Source of the DNA: Dehalococcoidia bacterium
GTDB taxonomy: Bacteria; Chloroflexota; Dehalococcoidia; UBA2979
Assembly: GCA_965262725.1 (NCBI GenBank)
Contig: OZ253555.1
Coordinates: forward strand, 3,008,001-3,072,000
DNA length: 64,000 bases
Reading direction: 5' to 3'
This document shows positions 42,901-52,079 of this stretch, piece by piece. The first letter of the stretch is position 1. Every line of letters starts with the position of its first letter. The notes beneath the pieces were generated by a model. The model was not told the origin of the DNA and did no database searches. It saw only the letters and a list, made by a program, of their open reading frames with translations. The position numbers and the translations under genes were made by a program.

Positions 42901-43060
42901 GCGTCTCGACGGTAGGCGGAGCTGTGGCCGTGGGTGCCGGAGTTGCCGCGGGCTTAGCCGTGGATTCCGGACTTGCCGTGGGGGAGGGGTCGGAGGTGCA
43001 GCCCAGCAAGGCGACCGCGACGCAGACGACGGCGAGCAGGGACTTCAGACTGGCGTTCAT
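39989..43060 (-). CDS. M16 family zinc protease (PqqL-like) lipoprotein with a Pro/Thr linker
   Basis: LLGC lipobox, GLAHLVEHMAFNGT (HxxEH), NAQT, ERKVVLEEWR, LRERVREELGGTY. Confidence 0.92.
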   Translation of the reverse strand: MNASLKSLLAVVCVAVALLGCTSDPSPTASPESTAKPAATPAPTATAPPTVETPTATPEPTATATPVAEAPTPTPEPTATATPVVEASTPTPEPTATPVPPVSETDAPLPFDPTVVRGTLGNGLAYYIRHNEEPRGRAQLSLVVKAGSVLEEEQQRGLAHLVEHMAFNGTARFAKQEIVDYLESIGSSLGADLNAQTGYDSTMYWLEIPTDEPDTIETAFQILSDWAYAITFSPEEVELERKVVLEEWRRGQGFRSRWQGSLFPLLFGSSRYADRGPIGLTEIIETAPVEQLKAYYERWYRPNLMAVVAVGDFDAALIEAKVRQHFAPPPEGEASQERAAAADPADRPRFDVPAHDAPRIDVFSDPEAPVTQLTLVRKVAPDTGQDLAAFRRGAAERLAFMMLNARLFERGQVADPPYLGAQGGRGSFVDPIDIATFTVQVEQDGVERGLAAVLEELQRVRLHGFTATELAREKVNLSSSIESVYKQRDQQVSGRLAGSYRNHFLSGTPVLGIEAEWELYQELLPQISLADIADVAVYWTEPANTVLLVLQPEGADTSSDAELAAALRTQFDGADTLVVEPYTDTFDDVPLMATLPTPGSIVEEERIESIDALRWTLSNGITVIAKQTDFRSDEVVFTAFSPGGHSLVADTDHVSAVYAAALADGSGAGPHDSVTLDKLLAGKRVSVSPYIRELFEGFSGSASPADMESLFQLITLYATAPRFDPTYFSTYEARLRSNAETRAAQPDAVLYDTANTVLGQDHHRVRPLTLELLEELSLERAEAIYADRFADLGDATFVFVGAFDWDTLRSLTETYLASLPTTGRAEQWLDVGIDPPDGIADHVVRSGIEPRSTTILVFAGDAEWSRREALALGVVGEVLGIRLRERVREELGGTYSIGVSADLQLLPDPEYQVAIIFGSDPSRAEELVAEVAVELDWLREGGEQRYLDTAKELLRTPREEQLRDNGFWLRHIRAATQRGESFTEINGFDERLDALTLAQVAAAARRYLPGDRYVRVVLLPEDN
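42775..42890. repeat. 51-bp coding tandem repeat (~2.3 copies; TPTPEPTATATPVxEAx)
   Basis: CTGTGGGTTCTGG recurs at 42775, 42826 and 42877. Confidence 0.85.
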
Positions 43061-43485
43061 CCATCCCATCTCTCGGTGAATCCTATCCCCGGGGAGGGCC
43101 CGGACAAGGATTTCCGGAGGAGGACAGGCGCGACGGGCATTGTCCGCGACCGGCCACCCACGCGCACCCCGTCGGCCCTGCCACGCCTGGCGGGTGAGCT
43201 GCCGGCGGCACTCAACTTGCATGCCCGTGGCGGTCGTGCCGGACGGCGGTTATGTATGGTATGGGTGCACTTGTCGACACCGCACCACCAACTATTGAGC
43301 TGACCGCGGAGCCGAGGGCGGAAGCCGTGCGCTCGCGGCGTGGCTTCCGCACAGCCGTGGCCGGCTCTAGTCTCGAGCTGCGGCCGCTGGCATCCCACAC
43401 GCTGGTCAGGAAGCGTCCCTTGCCCATGACGCCGCCGGAGGCCTCGCGGCTCCCGGAGCGCGCTCGGATCGGGATCGGATAGCCC

Positions 43486-45708
43486 GTGCTCGGCGTCGTC
43501 GCCGGTTTCGTCAGCAGCCCTCGAGGCAAGTGGATCACGCTGCTTCTCTGGGTCGTGCTCGCCGCGATGTTGATCTCGCAGCTGCCGCGGCTCGACGAGG
43601 TGACCGAGAACGAGCAGGCGCTCTTCCTCCCCGGCGATGCCGAGTCGACCCGCGCCTTCGAGCTGGCGCGCGAGCGCTTCCCCACCACCGGCACGCCCGT
43701 GCTGGTCGTCGTCCGCGAATCCGGCGGACTGAGCGGGCCGACGTGGGCGGCCGTCGCAGATCTTGATGCGTGGCTGAACGGACCGGAGGCGCCGGGCAGC
43801 GTCACGCAGGTCCGCGCACCCGGACCGGACGGGGGCGTCGAGTCCGGCCTTGTCTCCCCGGACGGGACAACCCTCTATGTCTTCGCCGATCTCGCCGGCG
43901 AGCCCGCCGAGCCCGGGTTCGCCGATGCCGTCACCGCGATCCGGGACCACACCGCGGCGCTCGACCTGGCCGGCGTCGAGGTCGCCGTCGGCGGCCCCGG
44001 CGGCCTAATCGTGGACCTCGTCGAGGTCTTCGCGAACATCAACTCGTTCCTGCTGATCGTCACCGTGCTGCTGGTGCTGGTGCTGCTGGTCCTCATCTAC
44101 CGATCGCCGATCATCGCGCTGATCCCGCTGCTGGCCGTGGGGCTCGTCTTCCAGCTGGCCGGCGCGGTCGGCGCCTTCGTGGCGCAGCAGTTCGACCTGC
44201 CGATCTCTGGCCAGACCACCGGCATCATGACCGTCGTGCTGTTCGGCACCGGGACGGACTACGTGCTCTTTGTCTCCGCTCGCTTCCGCGAGGAGTTGAC
44301 GCGCCACGACGACAAGCACGAGGCGATGCGCCGCACGATGCGGGGCGTCGGCGGCGCCGTCGCCTCGGCGGGTGCGACGATCCTGATCGCCTCGGCCGCG
44401 CTGGCGTTCGCGATCCTGCGTTCATACCAGTCGCTCGGTCCGGTGATCGCGATTGCGGTTGGGCTGATGATGCTGGCGGCGCTCACGCTGGTGCCGGCTC
44501 TGCTTACGATCATCGGGCGCCGCGCCTACTGGCCGATGCAGCCGCGCCACGACCCGGCCGCAGCCGAGCAGCCGGGAGCGCGCGAGGACTGGCGACGCAC
44601 CATCTACGGCCGGATCGGCGGCGTCGTGCTGCGTCGGCCGCGCGCGACGCTGGCGGCCACAATGGCGGTACTGACGCTGCTCATCGCGGGACTGTTCGCC
44701 TTCCAGACCAACTACGACCAGCTCGCGAGCCTGCCGGGCAACGCCGAGTCGGTGCGCAGCTTCGAGCTGTTGCGCAGCGGCTTCCCGGCCGGCGAGCTCG
44801 CCCCCACGCGCGTCTACATCTCGCTGCCGCCGGGCGAGCAGGTACTCGATCCGCAGAGGCTCGAGCGGCTCGACGCGCTGACGCTCGCCATCGCCGGACA
44901 CCCGGCGGCCGCGAGCGCGTCCGGACCGAGCCGGCCCTTTGGCACCGGCGCGCCACCCGGCGCGCCAGCGGGAGCCGGGGCGCGCTTCGTCTCCGCCGAC
45001 GGCGGCACGGCGCGGATCGACGTCGTCCTGCAGCAGAACCCGTTCGCCGGCGAATCGCTCGACATCGTCCCCGAGTTGCGCGAACGCGCCCGCGACGGCG
45101 CGGCCTCGGCCGGGCTCGACGCGGGTGGCGTGCTGGTCGGCGGCGACACGGCCGAGGCCGCCGACACGCGGACGGCGGGCGATCGAGACTCGCGAGTCGT
45201 GCTGCCACTGATCCTGCTCGCGATCGGGGTCGTACTGGCCGTGCTGCTGCGCTCGCTGATCGCGCCGCTCTACCTGATGGCGACGATCGCGTTCACGTAC
45301 TTTGCGACGCTCGGTCTCGCGGTCGTGGTCTTCCTGCTGGTCTTCGACCACGCGGGCATCGGGCCGGGCGTCCCGTTCTTCCTGTTCGTCTTCCTGAACG
45401 CGCTCAGCGTCGACTACAACATCTACCTGATGTCCCGGATCCGCGAGGAGGTGCGGCACGCCCCGCTCAAGGAGGCGACGGCGTACGCCCTCGCACGCAC
45501 CGGTCCGGTCATCACCTCGGCCGGCCTGATCCTCGCGGGGACCTTCTCTGCGCTGATGACGCTGCCGCTCGACGATCTCGTGCAGCTCGGGTTCGCGGTG
45601 GCGGCGGGCGTGCTGATCGATACCTTCATCACGCGCACGCTGATCGTGCCGGCGCTGGTCTCGATCTTCGGCCGATGGAACTGGTGGCCGTCGCGCCTCG
45701 GGGCCTGA
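43486..45708 (+). CDS. MMPL/RND family transporter
   Basis: LFGTGTDYVLF, RFREE, ALSVDYNIYLMSRIREE, TGPVITSAGLILAGTF. Confidence 0.93.
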   Translation: MLGVVAGFVSSPRGKWITLLLWVVLAAMLISQLPRLDEVTENEQALFLPGDAESTRAFELARERFPTTGTPVLVVVRESGGLSGPTWAAVADLDAWLNGPEAPGSVTQVRAPGPDGGVESGLVSPDGTTLYVFADLAGEPAEPGFADAVTAIRDHTAALDLAGVEVAVGGPGGLIVDLVEVFANINSFLLIVTVLLVLVLLVLIYRSPIIALIPLLAVGLVFQLAGAVGAFVAQQFDLPISGQTTGIMTVVLFGTGTDYVLFVSARFREELTRHDDKHEAMRRTMRGVGGAVASAGATILIASAALAFAILRSYQSLGPVIAIAVGLMMLAALTLVPALLTIIGRRAYWPMQPRHDPAAAEQPGAREDWRRTIYGRIGGVVLRRPRATLAATMAVLTLLIAGLFAFQTNYDQLASLPGNAESVRSFELLRSGFPAGELAPTRVYISLPPGEQVLDPQRLERLDALTLAIAGHPAAASASGPSRPFGTGAPPGAPAGAGARFVSADGGTARIDVVLQQNPFAGESLDIVPELRERARDGAASAGLDAGGVLVGGDTAEAADTRTAGDRDSRVVLPLILLAIGVVLAVLLRSLIAPLYLMATIAFTYFATLGLAVVVFLLVFDHAGIGPGVPFFLFVFLNALSVDYNIYLMSRIREEVRHAPLKEATAYALARTGPVITSAGLILAGTFSALMTLPLDDLVQLGFAVAAGVLIDTFITRTLIVPALVSIFGRWNWWPSRLGA

Positions 45709-45952
45709 TCGGCGCGCACGCGCACGGGGGCGGCCCAAGGCGCCCTACTGTCTAGGCAGGTCGCGATGAGTGGCAGTGGTAGTCCGGCTGGGGCTTTCCC
45801 GCGAAGGCGCGCTGCGGACCTCAGCCGAGCGGCACCGTTCGGCATCAAGTCCAAGTCGGCCACCACGCGGACCCCTCATCGCACACGCGAAGGGGGTGTC
45901 CATCAGCCTGCCACGGAGAGAGGCTCCGTCTCCCGCCAGCCGGTCGCGTCCT

Positions 45953-46486
45953 CTAGCCGAGAATCCCTCCGACGATCGCGAAGATGATGCCCTGCGCGAT
46001 CAGTCCCAGAAGTCCCGTCCCGATCGCACGCCACGTGCCGAAGTCGAGTGCGGCCTTCAGCGCTGTGATCGTCGTCAGGATGACCCATATTCCGACCACG
46101 AGGCCGACCAATTCGAACAACCCCGGCACGAGACCCAGCAGAAGCAGCAGCCTCGGCGCGCTCGCGAAGCCGAGCGTGCGCGCAAGCTCGCCCCAGTCGG
46201 CGCTCGTCTCGGACGTCGCGAAGATTCGCGTTCCGATGATGTAGGTAAGCCAGGCGTAGACGGCCCACCCCACCAGCCCGGCGGCTGTGTAGGTGACGAA
46301 CGCGAGAGTTCCCTCGGAGCTGACGGCGCCGATGCCGGCGGCCACGCTAGTCGCAACGACGATGGCCGCCGCCTGTTTCGTCGCATCGCGGTCGTGCTCG
46401 ACTTCCTCATACGCGGCGCGTTTGAGCCGCGCCACGCCCACCACGCGCTCAAGTAGAGAACTCTTCGTCACATCGTCCTGCTGCAT
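45953..46486 (-). CDS. YIP1-like membrane protein (paralog of 28416..29039)
   Basis: YEEVEHDRDATKQA, LARTLGFASAP; GGAGG RBS before the ATG at 46486. Confidence 0.78.
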   Translation of the reverse strand: MQQDDVTKSSLLERVVGVARLKRAAYEEVEHDRDATKQAAAIVVATSVAAGIGAVSSEGTLAFVTYTAAGLVGWAVYAWLTYIIGTRIFATSETSADWGELARTLGFASAPRLLLLLGLVPGLFELVGLVVGIWVILTTITALKAALDFGTWRAIGTGLLGLIAQGIIFAIVGGILG

Positions 46487-46984
46487 CGCCTCCCCCTCCA
46501 CGGGCCCGATCGCGGGCCACCGCCCACTTGGGCCGCCCGATTCGGCAGGCCTCGCCCAAGCTGCGCCAGCCCGCGGCGACGGCGCGGCTAACGTAGCACC
46601 GCGCACTGGATGCCGCACCCATGGCGGCCGTCACCGAGACTCCGCCCCGCAGGGCGCTCGCTCGCGACATCACCCGCCGCCCGTGCCCGCTCTGCCCACC
46701 CGCCGGCCGGCGCGGTGAACCTGGAGGCCCGCCGGAAGGGTGTGTCCCGGCCAGCGTCTGGTGTGCGCGCTGTCTAGGCGGGCCACAGTATCCCGCCCGT
46801 AGCCCACGTCCCCGACCAGCAGCGGCTTCTCACGGCTTCCCTTCGGCGCGACCGTCGGAGCACACGAAGAGGAGCAGGGGCTCAGTCGGGCAGTCGGTCC
46901 GCCACTCCCCCGTCGGGTCTGCCGGAGGCCGCAATCGCTCCTCCAGCGGGACCGCCATCGCCCCACGCGGCGGGGTGGACTCGC

Positions 46985-48202
46985 TCAGTCGGTGCTCAGG
47001 AGGCGGAAGGTGATCGCCGCTGAGACCGGCCGGAACTGGCGGCTCAGGCTGATCCCCTGATGCTGGAAGTGCGAGCCCGATCCCGTCTCCCCGTAGAGCT
47101 GCTCCGGTTCCCGCGCCATCCGCTCATAGGCGAGGCGTGCTATAGGCTGCCCGTCCTCCAGCAGGAACGGAATGTCGTGCGCGCGGACCTCGAGCACCGC
47201 CCTGGTCCCGTAGAGCTCGGGCCCGAAGCCGAATCCCGGGTCGAAGAACCCCGCGTAGTGCGTCCGCAGTTCCCCGTTCGTCGGATCGTAGGCCGCCATC
47301 TCCGCGGCGAGCGACGGGGGGATGCGGACGTACTCCCGCGAGACCAGGAGGTAGAAGTAGTCGGGATCGAGTACGAGGCGCCCACTGCTCTCCGCCACGA
47401 CCGGCTCCCAGTAGTGGAGGGGGTCGTACGCCTGGGTCACCGAGAGATCGAGCAGCGGCGCGTGATGCCGGGCCCGCCAGCCGACCTGATAGCCCCCGGA
47501 CGGCAGGCTCACGCTGAGCAGGATGCCCCGCGAGCCGATCCTCGGCTCCGCGACCGCGCGGCGCCGCTTCCGCGAGTCTGCGTCCGGGGTGAAGAGCAGC
47601 GGCTCACGCTCGTGCTCCGCCGCGATCTCGCCGGGGGAGAGTGGCTCGCTGGCGGTGGTGAGCCGGAGCTGCGCCAAGCATAGCCCGGCGCGGAGGTTCA
47701 CGGTGAAGGTGTTCGAGTAGAGCTCAAGCCAGAGCGGGCCCTCGTAGCCGTCGTCGATCTCGTCGAACTGGCTGCCGCGGTCGGTGAGCACCCGCGTGAA
47801 GATGTCGAGCCTCCCGGTCGAGCTGCGGGGATTCGCGCGGGCGCGCACGCCCGGCGGGAGCCTCAGCCGCTCCGCGAGCTGGATGAGGTACGGGATGCGC
47901 GGATCCAGCACCACGCCGCCTGACTGCCCGAGGTCGATCTCCGGACCCACCTGGAGCTCGGAGAGCCGATCGCGGACCCGCGCCCCGCCCGGGAGGAAGC
48001 TGCTACGGAGGCGGTAGGCGCGGGCGCCGATGCGCAGGTCGAGGCTCGCCGGCTGGACCTGCTCGTCCCGGATGGCATGCGCGGCGCGGACGACTCCGTC
48101 CCGGATCGCGCCCCGGAGCATCCCCGCCGAGTAGACCCCGGCGCGCTCGCCCCCCTTCGGGGTTCCCGCCGTGCCGTCGGCCGTGCCGACCGTCGCCTGC
48201 AT
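46985..48202 (-). CDS. dcd: 2'-deoxycytidine 5'-triphosphate deaminase (long, two-domain DCD type)
   Basis: QVQPASLDLR, ANPRSSTGRLDIFTR, GELRTHYAGFFDPGFG, VLEVRAHD. Confidence 0.9.
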   Translation of the reverse strand: MQATVGTADGTAGTPKGGERAGVYSAGMLRGAIRDGVVRAAHAIRDEQVQPASLDLRIGARAYRLRSSFLPGGARVRDRLSELQVGPEIDLGQSGGVVLDPRIPYLIQLAERLRLPPGVRARANPRSSTGRLDIFTRVLTDRGSQFDEIDDGYEGPLWLELYSNTFTVNLRAGLCLAQLRLTTASEPLSPGEIAAEHEREPLLFTPDADSRKRRRAVAEPRIGSRGILLSVSLPSGGYQVGWRARHHAPLLDLSVTQAYDPLHYWEPVVAESSGRLVLDPDYFYLLVSREYVRIPPSLAAEMAAYDPTNGELRTHYAGFFDPGFGFGPELYGTRAVLEVRAHDIPFLLEDGQPIARLAYERMAREPEQLYGETGSGSHFQHQGISLSRQFRPVSAAITFRLLSTD

Positions 48203-48395
48203 CCGCCCCGCCACTCCTCTCTCGCCCCCGCCGTGTGGGCGGGCTCCACGCACAGGCCCCATGGAGCCCATGGCGGACACGCTACGCGATCCCGCGCACC
48301 GGCGGCAGGGGAGATGCGAACCAAGTGCGAGAGGCGCCGCGCCCGGGCGTGCATGACCTGTGGAGAGCACGCCCCGCCGGGCGCAGCTCTCCCGT

Positions 48396-48848
48396 TCACT
48401 CCCCCGGCGCCTCCGCCCCCTGCGCCTCCCCGATCGCCGTCTCGAGAGGAGCTCCGTGATCGACCAGTGTCCGCACCTCCTCCATCGCCTCCAGAAGCGC
48501 CACCTCGAGGCCCGGCGTCTCGGCGATCGGTCGGAAGTAGGAGGCGGGGCCCAGTGCCATCTGATCGGAGGCAACGCGCTCCACGAGTTCGGTCGCGAGT
48601 GGCGGCTCGATGATGCGCGTCCCGGGCGCGAGATCGCGTGCGAGCTGGGCGACTGTCTCGACGCGGAGTGCCAGCGCCGCGCCCACGTGTACGACGAGGC
48701 GCCGCCGGAACTGATCGCCGTGCCGCGCGGTGGGGACGATGACCATCGTCTCGGCGCAGGGATCCTCCCGGTAGCGGGAGGCCGCGCGCTCGACCAGCCG
48801 CTCTGCCTTCGCCGACGCCGCGGGACCGGTGACGAGGGTGGCCGTCAC
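48396..48848 (-). pseudogene. Stand-alone N-terminal fragment paralogous to the AddB-like gene at 31563
   Basis: Shares VPTARHGDQFRRRL and FxPIAExPGL with 31563..34490; ends after 150 aa. Confidence 0.8.
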
Positions 48849-50546
48849 GACGCGCCCGCCTTCCGGGGATGCTCCCGGGCGGTTCGGGGCACCCAGATGG
48901 CGGCGGTCTCATCCCCGTAGGGATCGGCCTCCCCACGCCGGTAGCAGAGGGCCGACCACGCGCACACGACGCCGTCGATCGCGTCCTCGTAGCGCTTGAG
49001 CACGCGGAGCGAGGGGATCTCCGCAGCGGCGGGGAGCGCAAGCGCGATCCCCCCCAGGCGCCCGCGGAGGCAACCCAGGATCGAGGCGAGCTCGGCGCGC
49101 AGCCTTCGGATGCGTTCGCGGATGCTGGCGCCGGGGTGGTAGCGCCCGCTTCTCTGCACCTTGTAGGGGAGCCGGTAGTTCGCGCCGGTGAGCGCGAGCA
49201 GGGTAGCGTGTAGGGTCAGGGGCTGGCGCGGTGCGAGCCGTAGGCGGTGGCGCATCAGTTCCAAGCCGGTTTCCCGGTGGTGCCCAACTCCACGGCCATA
49301 GCAGCGTCCGTCTCCAGCCCCTGCCACATCGAACCGGACGTGAGGTTCTCCCTCATCCGGCTCACCGATGCCCTTCACCAGATGGCATGCAGCGCTCCCC
49401 ACAACGTGGGTCGTGCCTTGGCCAGCCGGTACAGCATGTGCGGAGAGCCTCGAACCCTACCAAGTGGTTGCTAGCCCCGAGGGGCACTCACCAGTCCACA
49501 CCCCCAGCAACATGCACGGACAAAGTAGGGGTCCTTCCCATCACCGGCGGTTATGTTGTCCGTCCGGCTCCAGCGGTACTACGACCCCCTCCGCCACCCT
49601 TCCGGCTGGCTGTCCACTTCCCGGCTCTGACCGGTTATAGGACGCCTCGCTCCGACGCCCTCTCACAGGGTGCCGGGCCGGGGAGGGCTTCTCCGGTTCC
49701 CGTCGCTACCTTCCGTACGTTCCACGTCCCATACGCCGGGAGGTTTCTTGAGGCTGCATTCCAGGATCTTCACCTCGTCCATGGCCTTCGCCCTGACCAC
49801 CCGGGCTCGGCTCCTCCTTGGTCCTGTCAATAGACAGGCGAGTCTCACGGCGCGGCAGACTTCGCGTCATGCTGCGGACCGCACGTTTGCTCCCCCTCAT
49901 AGGGCTCTTGACGTCGGGCTTCGACGCAGACCGTTTCCCGTCCACGCCGCCGACCTGCTAACGGGCCTCCTGACAGTTACCCGTGCCGGACTCTCACCGG
50001 CTGGCAGCAACGAGCATGTCTCCGGACCGGTCACGTCATCACGTCACCACCCCTTCGACTTCCGGACGCACGCGGGTAGACCTCGATCAGAGCCGGGGTG
50101 CGGCCGCGGCCGGTGGCCGCGGTCGCGAGCGGGTAGCCGTGGGCGCCGAAGCCGGCGCGAAGCGAATCGGCGAGGGGGCCGGGCCGGACGGCGGAGGGGG
50201 AGTGCACGGAGGCACCGCGGGCACCGAAGGCGCGGGAGACGGCATCATCCGCCGGCCGCCTGGCGGTGACAGGCGAGGTGGCGAGCGGCATATCGACCGC
50301 GACGACCTCGACCGGGCCCGCCCCGAGCCCGCGGGCAGCGGCGAGCAACGCCCCCACATCGGCGCAGCCCGCGTCCGGCCGCACCTCCCAGTCGACGGGG
50401 GTACCCCCGGCGAGGGCGAGGAAGGAGCCGTAGCTCGGCGCGAGCGCGGCGCAACGCCAGCCGCCCTCGCCGTCTGCGACAAGCAGCGAGACGCCGCTCG
50501 GCCCGGTGGCCGTCCACGCTGCGTCGATTCCGAGCACGGCGGGCAT
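48845..50546 (-). CDS. DUF429 (RNase H-like predicted nuclease), split by a group II intron; exons 50546..50072 and 49209..48845, 279 aa when spliced
   Basis: LGIDAAW, VAVDMPL, EVYP|H joined across the intron, EDAIDGVVCAW, IWVP. Confidence 0.85.
49210..50071 (-). mobile_element. ORF-less group II intron (862 nt; IEP internally deleted)
   Basis: 5' GTGCG, domain V GAGCCGGATGAGGGAGAACCTCACGTCCGGTTC (49363..49331), domain VI with bulged A, 3' ...GACCCTAC; removal restores the host frame. Confidence 0.93.
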
Positions 50547-50763
50547 GCGCCTCATCCTAGCGCGGCGCGGTCCGGCGAGGCGCCTGCTGGGCGACACCAC
50601 TGCGGCTGGCACGGTGCAATCGCGGGCAAAGCGATCCAGCGGTGTGCTAGGATGCGTAACAGCTACCGGCACTCTTGTGTGACGCCACGTCGTGCTGCTC
50701 GCGCAATGTCGCGCGTCGCAAAAAAGGAGACAGCACGTCGGAGAGCGTGATCGCGTGGAATCC

Positions 50764-52005
50764 ATGGCCGACACACACGACTTATCGATGAGCGATAACG
50801 GCTCATCGAACGAGGCACTCATCTCGGTCCGGAATCTCTGGAAAGTCTTCGGCAAGAACCCCCTTCGCGCCCTCGCCGGCGAGAACGCCGGGCTGGGGAA
50901 GCAGAAACTCCAAGAGGACCTGGGACTGGTGGTCGGCCTGAGCGACGTGAGCTTCGACGTGAGCCGCGGCGAGACGTTCGTCGTGATGGGGCTCTCCGGG
51001 AGCGGGAAGTCCACTCTCATTCGGTGCCTGATCCGGCTCATCGAGCCCACCGCCGGCGGCGTCGTCGTGGACGGGACCGACATCATGGCGGCTGACCGCG
51101 ACCGCCTGCGGAAGTTCCGGCGGGGGAAGATCGCCATGGTCTTCCAGCAGTACGGGCTCCTGCCGCACCGCACGGTGATGGACAACGCGTCGTGGGGTCT
51201 CGAGGTCCGGGGCATCCCGAAGGAGGAGCGCTACTCCAGGACCCAGGAGATGCTCGACATGGTGGGCCTGGACGGCTGGGAGGCGTCCTACCCCCGGGAG
51301 CTGAGCGGCGGCATGCAGCAGCGGGTGGGGCTGGCCCGCGCTCTCGCCGTGGATCCGGAGATCCTGCTGCTCGACGAGCCCTTTAGCGGGCTCGATCCAC
51401 TCATTCGCAGGCACATGCAGGACGAGTTGATCCGCATCCAGCACGAGCTCAACAAGACCATCGTTTTCATCACGCACGACCTCGCCGAGGCCGTCCGGCT
51501 CGGCGACCGCATCGCGATCATGCGCGACGGATCGGTCGTGCAGATCGGAGAGCCCGAGGACATCGTGCTCCGGCCCGAGGACGAGTACGTCGCCGAGTTC
51601 ACGCAGGACGTCCGCAGGGAGTCGATCCTGACGGCGCGGCACGTGATGGTCGACGCTCCCGCCGTGATTTTTTGCGACGCCGCGCCCGAGGAGGCGCTCG
51701 CGGTGATGGAGGGCACGGGCGCGGAGGCGGCAATGTTGCTGGAGCGCGACCGCACCTACGTCGGATTCGTGACTTCGGAGCAGGCGCGGGCGGCGCTTGA
51801 GGCCGGCGAACGCGTCCTCAGAGATCACGTCGAGCGCGAACCCGGCGACGGTCCGGAGCCCGTCGCCCCCGACGTCACGCTAGAGGAGCTCATCCCGATC
51901 TCGATGGCGAGTGAGCACCCCGTCCCGATCGTGGATCGGTCGGGGAGGCTGCGCGGCGTGGTCGACAGGAGCACTCTCGCCGAGGCGATCTCAACGACCG
52001 ACTAG
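50764..52005 (+). CDS. proV: Glycine betaine/proline ABC transporter ATPase with CBS domains
   Basis: GLSGSGKST, LSGGMQQRVGLARAL, DEPFSGLDPLIR, FITHD, C-terminal CBS pair. Confidence 0.92.
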   Translation: MADTHDLSMSDNGSSNEALISVRNLWKVFGKNPLRALAGENAGLGKQKLQEDLGLVVGLSDVSFDVSRGETFVVMGLSGSGKSTLIRCLIRLIEPTAGGVVVDGTDIMAADRDRLRKFRRGKIAMVFQQYGLLPHRTVMDNASWGLEVRGIPKEERYSRTQEMLDMVGLDGWEASYPRELSGGMQQRVGLARALAVDPEILLLDEPFSGLDPLIRRHMQDELIRIQHELNKTIVFITHDLAEAVRLGDRIAIMRDGSVVQIGEPEDIVLRPEDEYVAEFTQDVRRESILTARHVMVDAPAVIFCDAAPEEALAVMEGTGAEAAMLLERDRTYVGFVTSEQARAALEAGERVLRDHVEREPGDGPEPVAPDVTLEELIPISMASEHPVPIVDRSGRLRGVVDRSTLAEAISTTD

Positions 52006-52079
52006 CGCTGGAGGGCCCGCCGCACGTCCCGTCTTCGGTGCGCGAGGGTGCGGGGAAGCTGAGGCAAGGATGCACTCAC

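Noticed and set aside
43250-43280. TATGGGTGCAC as a third GGGTACA-type site
   Set aside because: Only a single mismatched box; could be chance or part of a promoter.
28416-46486. Two YIP1-like paralogs in inverted orientation around the accessory region as duplication boundaries
   Set aside because: Protein similarity is distant with no nucleotide-level repeat; likely old paralogs.
46490-46980. ~490-nt intergenic region as a possible ncRNA or riboswitch
   Set aside because: No recognisable conserved RNA motif; it needs an Rfam search.
48845-49402. 185-aa ORF as an independent gene
   Set aside because: Its first ~64 codons are intron domains IV-VI read through; only 49209..48845 is the DUF429 second exon.
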